A DNA stretch of 35,255 nucleotides, taken from a virus (lineage: Duplodnaviria > Caudoviricetes). A program made the translations under genes and the position numbers. Numbering within the stretch: position 1 is the first letter of the stretch; every line of letters starts with the position of its first letter. A model generated the notes under the pieces. The model was not told where the DNA came from, searched no databases, and worked only from the letters and a program-made list of their open reading frames with translations. Positions 18,485-25,385 of this stretch are shown here, one piece after another. The stretch lies in the IMG/VR virus record IMGVR_UViG_3300011338_000331, positions 1 through 35,255 of that record. One strand, given 5' to 3'.

Positions 18485-18589
18485 ATGAAAACAGCATCTA
18501 CAATCCTTCGCTACGTTGTAGCCATTATTATCATTTTTGCAATCCTTTCTTATTGCCAAGAGCTCAACGATTGCCTCGCTAAGTATTAA
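18485..18589 (+). CDS. 34-aa single-TM peptide MKTASTILRYVVAIIIIFAILSYCQELNDCLAKY
   Basis: Translated by hand. A-rich start context. Directly follows the promoter box. Confidence 0.65.
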   Translation: MKTASTILRYVVAIIIIFAILSYCQELNDCLAKY

Positions 18590-18607
18590 TCTAAAATCAA
18601 TAATAAC

Positions 18608-19276
18608 ATGAACTTTCACAAAGACAACCTAGAAGCACTGCAAAAGTTTCAGCAGATGCTGAATGCAGAACCTGATGAAGCGGGTATTGAATCCACACCC
18701 GATAAGAAAGCACGCACGCTAGTCATTAGCCACGTAGAAACCACCTTAGATGAACTATTTTTTGGGCACTGGCGTACTGAGAACTTTAAGTGGGCGGTAT
18801 TAGCCAACGAAGTGCAGGCATCAATGGAGCTTGTAGTGATCCATCCGATAAGCGGTTATGAACTCAAACGTACCGGGGCGGCCTCGGTTATTATCATGGT
18901 TGACCGTGTGCCCGATGACGTTACAGGAACGGAACGCAATAGATGGGCATTAAACCCCGATAATAAAAAAGCTAATGCAATGGACTTGGCCTTTGGTAAA
19001 CTCAAAGCAGAGTGCCTTAAAAACGCAGCATTGTCATTAGGCAAAGTGTTTGGCCGTGACCTTAACCGCAAGAACAAGGATACTTACAAGCCATTCAAGT
19101 TAAAAGGTGCGCTAGGTCGTGGGCATGAGCAGGATGTAGCGTATGTGCGCGAACTTATCCAGCAAGCAACCGACATTACGCAGCTTCACAAAATATTTAA
19201 GGCTTGCAGTCCTGAAGTCCTAGCCGAGGTTGGCGATGAACTCAATACCAAGAAAGAACAATATGGCATCGTGTAA
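18608..19276 (+). CDS. Rad52/Sak-like single-strand annealing protein
   Basis: LDELFFGHW and AECLKNAALSLGKVFGRDLNRK. Adjacent to an exonuclease. Confidence 0.7.
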   Translation: MNFHKDNLEALQKFQQMLNAEPDEAGIESTPDKKARTLVISHVETTLDELFFGHWRTENFKWAVLANEVQASMELVVIHPISGYELKRTGAASVIIMVDRVPDDVTGTERNRWALNPDNKKANAMDLAFGKLKAECLKNAALSLGKVFGRDLNRKNKDTYKPFKLKGALGRGHEQDVAYVRELIQQATDITQLHKIFKACSPEVLAEVGDELNTKKEQYGIV

Positions 19277-19348
19277 ATGTTAAAATTTATAGCAGTTGTC
19301 AAGGATTACTTGACAGCTGTTATATTTACACCATCAATCAATAATAAC

Positions 19349-20119
19349 ATGAACAACACATTATTCAGAGCGTCACAACTTGGTAAGTTGATGACCGATG
19401 CACGAACCAAATCAGGTTTGAGCGAAACCACAAAGAGCGCATTACTGGAAGTCTACGTACAACAGAAGTACAACCGCTACAAAGAGATTAGCAATAAGTA
19501 CATTGAGAAAGGTCTAGCCGTGGAAAATGATGCCATTGATATGTGGCGCAGGCACCGCGGTGAAATCGTATTCAAGAATGAAGAGATGTTCACTAACGAG
19601 TACATCAAAGGCACGCCCGATTTGCTTATCAAAGATGATGAGACAGGACTTGTGGTGAACGTGCCCGATATCAAATCAAGTTGGGACATTCATACCTTTA
19701 TGGATGCAAAGACTAGCGATATCAGCAAAGATTACTACTGGCAAGGTCAAGCCTATTGTTGGCTCACAGGCGCACCACGTGCCACGTTCTGCTACGTGCT
19801 AGTGAGCGCACCGATTGAAATGATTAATGATGAAAAGTACAGATTATCGCGCAGACTAAATCTTATTGATCCACAAGGTGACCCTGTATTTATAAAGAAG
19901 GCAAAGAGCATCGAGCGCAATATGATATACGACATGCCACGATTCATGCGCGAATACCCGGATGCAAACCTAGAAACACCACGTGACGAGTGGGCGTTTG
20001 ATATACCCATCGCTGAACGCATCCACGAAAAAGTTGTGGAGTTTGACCAAGCAGCAATCGCAAAGCTTCAAGAACGTGTACCAATGTGGCGTGAATACCT
20101 TAATACCTTAGCACTATGA
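19349..20119 (+). CDS. YqaJ / lambda-exonuclease-like nuclease
   Basis: Likely start MNNTLFRASQLG at 19349. KG...E, GTPD, DIKSSW and YYWQGQAY motifs. Confidence 0.85.
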   Translation: MNNTLFRASQLGKLMTDARTKSGLSETTKSALLEVYVQQKYNRYKEISNKYIEKGLAVENDAIDMWRRHRGEIVFKNEEMFTNEYIKGTPDLLIKDDETGLVVNVPDIKSSWDIHTFMDAKTSDISKDYYWQGQAYCWLTGAPRATFCYVLVSAPIEMINDEKYRLSRRLNLIDPQGDPVFIKKAKSIERNMIYDMPRFMREYPDANLETPRDEWAFDIPIAERIHEKVVEFDQAAIAKLQERVPMWREYLNTLAL

Positions 20120-20352
20120 GTAATCTAACCGCACTACAACAGGCAATGCGAATCGTGGAGAAGCACGCCCACAATCTATTCAATGTATACAATGCAGATA
20201 GTCGTGCGTTTCTTGATGAAATGTCAAAGTGTTTGGAACTGGAGCAATGGCAGATTGAACAGGCATATGATAAAGGACACAGCGATGCTTTCCATGGAAA
20301 ACATAAAAAAGAAAATTACTACAACGAAACATACAAAGGAGGTGAGCAATGA
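20116..20352 (+). CDS. Hypothetical protein ending YYNETYKGGEQ
   Basis: ATGA overlaps at both ends. Confidence 0.7.
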   Translation: MSNLTALQQAMRIVEKHAHNLFNVYNADSRAFLDEMSKCLELEQWQIEQAYDKGHSDAFHGKHKKENYYNETYKGGEQ

Positions 20353-20450
20353 GTGAAATAATTCCGTTGATAGGTGCTATCTCTTGCTTGTTAGTAGTTG
20401 TGTACTATTATCAAAAATTGAGTAATAAAATCGGAGGAGGTGAGCAATGA
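20349..20450 (+). CDS. 33-aa TM mini-protein MSEIIPLIGAISCLLVVVYYYQKLSNKIGGGEQ
   Basis: Translated by hand. Bounded by a 15-bp direct repeat and ATGA overlaps. Confidence 0.65.
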   Translation: MSEIIPLIGAISCLLVVVYYYQKLSNKIGGGEQ

Positions 20451-20587
20451 CTACTGACCAACTAAAAGACCACGTGCGCAATTCGATGCAGCACTACTAC
20501 AACAAAGAGCAAGTGATACAATTAATAAACAAGCTAACAGATGAAAGCAAAAGAAAAGGCATGGCAACTGTACTCGAACTATTTTGA
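20447..20587 (+). CDS. 46-aa hypothetical protein (MTTDQLKDHVRN...)
   Basis: Translated by hand. ATGA coupled to the upstream gene. Confidence 0.6.
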   Translation: MTTDQLKDHVRNSMQHYYNKEQVIQLINKLTDESKRKGMATVLELF

Positions 20588-20801
20588 CATCATTGAGAAT
20601 GGTAAGCAGGAAGGCGAGTTAGTAGAGGCCCATATCAAAGCCGTGAACGCTGCGCTGTTCTGCGTAGATGAAGCACTATTAAACGCACCTACGGACATCG
20701 TAAATGACTTTGAAGGAACCGGGGAATACTACAGCGTCAAAGCGTACTACATGCACGTTAAAAACGAAATACTTAAACTCAATGCGACGAAGGGTAACTA
20801 A
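20541..20801 (+). CDS. Hypothetical protein
   Basis: MKAKEKAWQLY...ALFCVDE...YYMHVKNEI pattern. Confidence 0.7.
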   Translation: MKAKEKAWQLYSNYFDIIENGKQEGELVEAHIKAVNAALFCVDEALLNAPTDIVNDFEGTGEYYSVKAYYMHVKNEILKLNATKGN

Positions 20802-20952
20802 ATCAGTTGAGGTGCTCAAGTTAGAACGGGTTGCACTACTTACCATGTTTGCTGACGCAAAGACTAAGTATCTCAAAGATAACTTAAATCATAAAATTAA
20901 ATCGGTCAATAAAGACCTTTATACATTAACTAAAGAAACAAAATGGCTATGA
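20782..20952 (+). CDS. Small basic hypothetical protein
   Basis: Likely start MRRRVTK at 20782. Confidence 0.55.
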   Translation: MRRRVTKSVEVLKLERVALLTMFADAKTKYLKDNLNHKIKSVNKDLYTLTKETKWL

Positions 20953-21176
20953 GTGAAGATAAAAAAGAAACCGCTATGCGTACACTGAGCAAATCACTAA
21001 GGCGCAGGTTCCAAGGCCCAACGGTAAACATATCTTGGGTTGAACTGGATGCGTTCATGATGAAAGCGCAAACACGCGAATTGACCAACCTGGTTAATTC
21101 ATACAACGAAGGCTACACAGATTGTAAAGCAGGACTACCAAACAAAGCAGAAAATGAAAGCAACACTAACGTTTGA
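20949..21176 (+). CDS. Hypothetical protein
   Basis: ATGA overlap at 20949 (MSEDKKE). Confidence 0.6.
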   Translation: MSEDKKETAMRTLSKSLRRRFQGPTVNISWVELDAFMMKAQTRELTNLVNSYNEGYTDCKAGLPNKAENESNTNV

Positions 21177-21375
21177 CCTAACAGATGACCAGCACTCTTT
21201 CGATTGTGCAATCAATGGCAAAAAGTATTATGATATACTCGATGAAGTAAGGCAGCACTTACGCAGCCTTGAAAAATACCAAGACCTTACAGAAGAGCAG
21301 TACGAAATAATAGGTAAGGTGCGCCAATGGCTGCATGAGCAATTACTCGATGCCGGTATAGCCGATAATTTTTAG
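21154..21375 (+). CDS. Hypothetical protein (MKATLTFDL...)
   Basis: 73 aa, last gene of the plus-strand block. Confidence 0.7.
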   Translation: MKATLTFDLTDDQHSFDCAINGKKYYDILDEVRQHLRSLEKYQDLTEEQYEIIGKVRQWLHEQLLDAGIADNF

Positions 21376-21401
21376 ACATTGGTTAGACATTCTTAGACAT
21401 T
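21372..21401. repeat. Three direct copies of TTAGACATT
   Basis: Copies start at 21372, 21383 and 21393. Confidence 0.85.
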
Positions 21402-21432
21402 ATGCGCTACCTAATCCTTAGCAGCGGCCGCA

Positions 21433-21678
21433 TTATTGCTGCACCTTGCGATAGCCTTGCTTCCATAAAAACCTACCAAGTGCCTCACCTTCAGCATCAA
21501 CTTTCTCCTCACTCCATTCAGGTTGTATGTGATGTAGATACTCATGGACAAGTACAATAAGATAACGCATAGGTGGCAACGTTGGGTCTATCTCGATTAC
21601 GTTATCGCAGTACAACCCATCAGCCTTCTCCCTACCGAGTTTGCGCTGTACGACTTTTGGATGTGGCTTGCCTTTCAT
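21433..21678 (-). CDS. Small HExxH zincin-like protein
   Basis: GLY...IEID...LVHEYLH...EEKV. Confidence 0.7.
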   Translation of the reverse strand: MKGKPHPKVVQRKLGREKADGLYCDNVIEIDPTLPPMRYLIVLVHEYLHHIQPEWSEEKVDAEGEALGRFLWKQGYRKVQQ

Positions 21679-21683
21679 TGTGC

Positions 21684-21773
21684 TATATTTGCGACTTAGT
21701 GTGATGTGTTCATTGCATTATTGTTTTTGTTATTAGATTGATACAACTAGGCTCCTAACGTGGAGCCTTTTTG
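21684..21773 (+). ncRNA. Candidate sRNA of about 75 nt with its own -7 box and terminator
   Basis: TATATTTG at 21684-91, a U/G-rich body, and the hairpin AGGCTCC-TAACGT-GGAGCCT followed by TTTTG. Confidence 0.45.
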
Positions 21774-21775
21774 TT
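21749..21775 (+). terminator. Rho-independent terminator (plus strand)
   Basis: 7-bp stem with a U tail on the plus strand only. Confidence 0.8.
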
Positions 21776-22814
21776 ATCTAATCTTGCCATTGACAATTCT
21801 GTAATTACTTACTTCAAAATCTCCAGTGTCCATCACCCGCACGTGTGCAAACCCGTGGTGGTGTTTATTGATGGGCATGTAGTCCGGGTGCAACTCGCAC
21901 AGGCATGCCACGCTCCAACAGGTTGTTATCTTGCCGTTGATGTTTGGCTCCGTGTGTTCACTCGCCTGGTGGTGGTGTCCGCACAATGCGCTATCCTTAG
22001 CACGTAAAAACAAACCACGCGCAATGTTTACTGGACTGAATACCGATGCACCCAGTTCATGCCCGTGCAATATGGTTAGCTTCCCGGCGTGGATTATTTG
22101 CTTATCGGGAATAAACGTGATGTTGTGTTGATCTAAGTGCATGAGTGATTCAAAATTGAACTCGTCCATGCCCAAAAGGTCAGGTGCATTGCGCATGATG
22201 TAGTGGTCATACCTTACATCGTGGTTGCCGCACTTGTAATATATAGCAGCTGCAGGGAATAGCTTGCGTAATGTGGCTAAAAACTGCCTTGTCATTAGCA
22301 CCTCATGCCCAAAGTTGCGCTTACGCGGGTCTTTTTCAAAGCGACTGATAGCATAAAAGTCAATGATGTCACCATTAAGCAGTATTGTGTTAACCTCATT
22401 CTCCAGTCCGTACTTGAGCGCAAGCGTTAACGCCTGTATGTTGTGGTATGGCACGTGAATATCCGAAAGCAACAGGATGTTGTTGTGATTAATCGGTAGC
22501 TTAAATGGTTTATAGTTCGATTCCTGTGATGGTGGTAGGTCCAGAGGGTTGCTCGATTCAGGAACTAACTCATTAACCATATTGTTGAAGTCAGCAAATT
22601 GGTCTGTTAGCTTGGACAGGTTACCTTTTACAGCGGTTTTAAGCGATGCTGTTGGTTGCAGGTTGTGTCTTTTACGCCAAGTAAAGTACAATCGCTCAAA
22701 TGAGCTGTATTGCATTGTAATCTTGTGGCGTTTCATTGCAGCACGAAGGCGGTCTGCTATCGTACCCTCACCTGCGTGTATCTCTTTATAGACTTCCGCA
22801 TATTGTCCCTGCAT
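21774..22814 (-). CDS. Calcineurin-like metallophosphoesterase
   Basis: SDIH, NGDIID, GNHD, HGH and GHHH motifs. Confidence 0.9.
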   Translation of the reverse strand: MQGQYAEVYKEIHAGEGTIADRLRAAMKRHKITMQYSSFERLYFTWRKRHNLQPTASLKTAVKGNLSKLTDQFADFNNMVNELVPESSNPLDLPPSQESNYKPFKLPINHNNILLLSDIHVPYHNIQALTLALKYGLENEVNTILLNGDIIDFYAISRFEKDPRKRNFGHEVLMTRQFLATLRKLFPAAAIYYKCGNHDVRYDHYIMRNAPDLLGMDEFNFESLMHLDQHNITFIPDKQIIHAGKLTILHGHELGASVFSPVNIARGLFLRAKDSALCGHHHQASEHTEPNINGKITTCWSVACLCELHPDYMPINKHHHGFAHVRVMDTGDFEVSNYRIVNGKIR

Positions 22815-22820
22815 GTAGTG

Positions 22821-23147
22821 TTATTTAGTGCCTCTGATAAACCCGGCTAACTCCGCAAGATTGGTGCTGATAGTCAAGTTCTGCGCAGCAATAACATCAA
22901 TCTTCTTTTCGAGCTTATCAATGGCTTTGTTTTGTTCGTCTTTCATAACGTTTAGCTTGGTGTTAAACTCGTCTTTGGTTTCTTTAATGGATTCTGATAG
23001 CATCGTGACTTCGCGTTTGTGATATGATTCTACTTTGCCCAGTGCGCTCGACACCTTCACAACATCACGCTTCAATGCGTAGTACAACCCCGTGAGCGAT
23101 ACAGCACCACCAATAATTGTTATGATATCTCTTGGCTGAATGTCCAT
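22821..23147 (-). CDS. N-terminal TM plus coiled-coil lysis-module protein (holin/antiholin-like)
   Basis: IITIIGGAVSLTGLYYAL followed by a heptad pattern. Confidence 0.5.
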   Translation of the reverse strand: MDIQPRDIITIIGGAVSLTGLYYALKRDVVKVSSALGKVESYHKREVTMLSESIKETKDEFNTKLNVMKDEQNKAIDKLEKKIDVIAAQNLTISTNLAELAGFIRGTK

Positions 23148-23149
23148 GT

Positions 23150-23590
23150 TTATAGTATTGCAAAATATATAGTAGAAAAAGCTAAGGCTGTGACACCTAA
23201 AGTTATGGCTGTGTTAGAAATTATTAACCGCCTGTTGCGTTTCTTTAGTTCGGCAATCTCGTTGTCTTTCTCAGTAGCTACGGCCTTGTCGATGCTTTGC
23301 TTATTCTTATAGATTTCAGCTAAGGTTTCATAACTCGCTGCTTGAATGCCTGTAATCTTTGCGTAGTATGTAACTTTCAACCGCTCCATCTGATACAAAC
23401 TGTCTATTTCCTGTGCTGTGTTATACCAGTACAGCATGCTATTGTAGTTGAGACTGAAAAGTTGCTGATCGTAAGTTGTAAGTTCGGGTGTAAAATCCTG
23501 CTTTGAGTAGGCTGTCCGATTTTTTGAGCGTTGTGCGGAACTGGTTATTGGTAGCACTAGGACTAGCAGAAAGAATGTTATAGGTTTCAT
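23150..23590 (-). CDS. Secreted spanin-like partner
   Basis: Likely start MKPITFFLLVLVLPITSSAQ at 23590, inside the upstream gene. Coiled coil and hydrophobic C-terminus. Confidence 0.55.
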   Translation of the reverse strand: MKPITFFLLVLVLPITSSAQRSKNRTAYSKQDFTPELTTYDQQLFSLNYNSMLYWYNTAQEIDSLYQMERLKVTYYAKITGIQAASYETLAEIYKNKQSIDKAVATEKDNEIAELKKRNRRLIISNTAITLGVTALAFSTIYFAIL

Positions 23591-23849
23591 TGCGGTAGAT
23601 TTCATTAGTGATTTGTTGCTGTTGGATAATGGTATCTTGATGCACCTGTAGTGAATCAATCTTAGCAAATAGGCTATCGGTTTTGGAGTTGTTTACTTGA
23701 ATGATTTGGTAGAGTGAATCATTGACATCCTGTAACCTTTTTACTGCAGGATTTGTTACGGGCCTATTGCAGGTACGCACGCTGAATATCACAGCCAGTG
23801 CAAGAATGGTAATACCTAGGCCGATGCCTAGCTTTGTCTTTTTCCCCAT
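23439..23849 (-). CDS. i-spanin-like protein
   Basis: N-terminal TM helix plus coiled coil, directly after the endolysin. Confidence 0.55.
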   Translation of the reverse strand: MGKKTKLGIGLGITILALAVIFSVRTCNRPVTNPAVKRLQDVNDSLYQIIQVNNSKTDSLFAKIDSLQVHQDTIIQQQQITNEIYRNETYNILSASPSATNNQFRTTLKKSDSLLKAGFYTRTYNLRSATFQSQLQ

Positions 23850-24406
23850 CGTGTTATGTGTAATTGTTTAGTTAGTGGGCGAATCTTATAGTACACTCCG
23901 TCACGTGTACGGCTATCGCGCATGCCCTGTTCGTTGGTGTTGCCCTCAATGGTGCGCACAGAATACTTGCCAACCTTGTCAACTATGCCTGTGTGCCCGA
24001 TGCCCTTGTACCTTTTACCCTTAAAGCTATTGTAGCTTAACGTCATTACAAGCACGTCCCTATCACTAAACGCTTGCACAAACTTGCCCTCGGTGAATAC
24101 TACGTCATTGCGGTTATACGCAGTAGGTGACCAACCTGTGATTGTGTGCGGGATGCCACACTCATCGAGCATAGCCATGACAAAGAAAGAACACCATGCA
24201 TAGCCGGGCTTCCAACCTTCTTGCTTCATTAGGATAAGCAAAGCACGGTCGTTAAACCCCATGTTATTGCCGCCCTTTTCTTTTACACCCACGAATGAAC
24301 TAGCCGTTACCCTTACGCAGTAACCGTCATCAGCATGTGTAAAATATACAGGTATGCAGCAAAGTAGAATGCATATAAGAGCAGGTATAAGACAACCTTT
24401 TGCCAT
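23828..24406 (-). CDS. CHAP-domain endolysin with N-terminal signal/anchor
   Basis: AWCSFFV, GHTGIV and TIEGNT motifs. Hydrophobic, Cys-rich N-terminus. Confidence 0.85.
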   Translation of the reverse strand: MAKGCLIPALICILLCCIPVYFTHADDGYCVRVTASSFVGVKEKGGNNMGFNDRALLILMKQEGWKPGYAWCSFFVMAMLDECGIPHTITGWSPTAYNRNDVVFTEGKFVQAFSDRDVLVMTLSYNSFKGKRYKGIGHTGIVDKVGKYSVRTIEGNTNEQGMRDSRTRDGVYYKIRPLTKQLHITRWGKRQS

Positions 24407-24726
24407 GTGGTTAGATAGGTGTTTATTTCATACTTAACTTCCTTGTTATATATCTCCCTTTGTAGTGCCCGAAAATTGAATCTAATGCCCAAGAAAACCA
24501 CAAAGTTGGCAAATACCATCACCATTGCAGCCAATACAATATACTGGATGTATTCGGTACTTATAAGCGCGTCACCAAAGTAAGCAACCGATACCGTACC
24601 CGATACAGCAAATAGCAAAAAGGCAAGTGGTATAGACCAAAAGCCATCGAATAACTGCAGCTTGTAGCGCAGTCCCTTAAAGTCAACCTTATTTGGTTGT
24701 GCGCTTGTCTGCTTCTTTGTTGGCAT
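24313..24726 (-). CDS. Three-TM membrane protein (holin candidate)
   Basis: Three hydrophobic segments. Overlaps the endolysin start. Confidence 0.6.
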   Translation of the reverse strand: MPTKKQTSAQPNKVDFKGLRYKLQLFDGFWSIPLAFLLFAVSGTVSVAYFGDALISTEYIQYIVLAAMVMVFANFVVFLGIRFNFRALQREIYNKEVKYEINTYLTTWQKVVLYLLLYAFYFAAYLYILHMLMTVTA

Positions 24727-24811
24727 TGGCTCGTAGTTTTAATGATAGTTCACGCTCATACTTGCGTAAACGCTCAGTGTAGTCTTGCTTCAATGTTTTC
24801 TTATCACTCAT
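24689..24811 (-). CDS. 40-aa basic peptide MSDKKTLKQDYTERLRKYERELSLKLRANANKEADKRTTK
   Basis: Translated by hand. ATGA-coupled to the adaptor gene. Confidence 0.55.
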   Translation of the reverse strand: MSDKKTLKQDYTERLRKYERELSLKLRANANKEADKRTTK

Positions 24812-25377
24812 GGTATGCGATTAATAATGTTACGTGAGTAAGTAGGACGGAATGAAGTTGATGTATTACCAGTGCTAAATTGATAGTTCAGTGTGTTGGT
24901 CACGTCCGTACGTGGTGAACGGTCGGGCCATTGCGCGGTTGAGTATTCCGGGAATAAAGCAGTATTAGCACACAAGTAATCGACTAGCAACGTAGTGTAG
25001 TGCTGCGCGTTTTGGCGTGCACGATCTATCATATCCTTCATAACCGAATCCGATATAGGCACAGTGTCCTCGGACTGGCGTTGCACTAGCGTGCCATTGT
25101 CCATACGGTAGCAAAGGTTTGGCGTTACGTCCACGAGTACCCACCACAACAACATCTTTTGGATGTAATCTTCTAACAAGATTTGATAGTTACCTGCAAT
25201 CGTGTTAGCGGCTACATCGGCCTTAATCTTATTGAGCAAATCAGTTCCCAAAAAGGGAAGCAACCACTTGTCCTGTGCAAGGTAGATGGATGGGTAAAGT
25301 AAGTTAGGGTCAACACTACCGTTTACCGTGCTATACTTCTTTATATAATTCTCAGAGATTAATAATACTTCAGCCAT
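24808..25377 (-). CDS. Head-tail adaptor
   Basis: LLISENYIK...VDPNLLYPSIYLAQD...LGTDL pattern. Follows the portal gene. Confidence 0.7.
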   Translation of the reverse strand: MAEVLLISENYIKKYSTVNGSVDPNLLYPSIYLAQDKWLLPFLGTDLLNKIKADVAANTIAGNYQILLEDYIQKMLLWWVLVDVTPNLCYRMDNGTLVQRQSEDTVPISDSVMKDMIDRARQNAQHYTTLLVDYLCANTALFPEYSTAQWPDRSPRTDVTNTLNYQFSTGNTSTSFRPTYSRNIINRIP

Positions 25378-25385
25378 AGTTGTAT

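Noticed and set aside
21372-21401. Mini-CRISPR array
   Set aside because: 9-bp repeats with 1-2 bp gaps and no spacers.
21402-21560. 52-aa plus-strand ORF MRYLILSSGR... after the TTAGACATT repeats
   Set aside because: Mostly antisense to the better-supported HExxH gene and has no motif, though it cannot be fully excluded.
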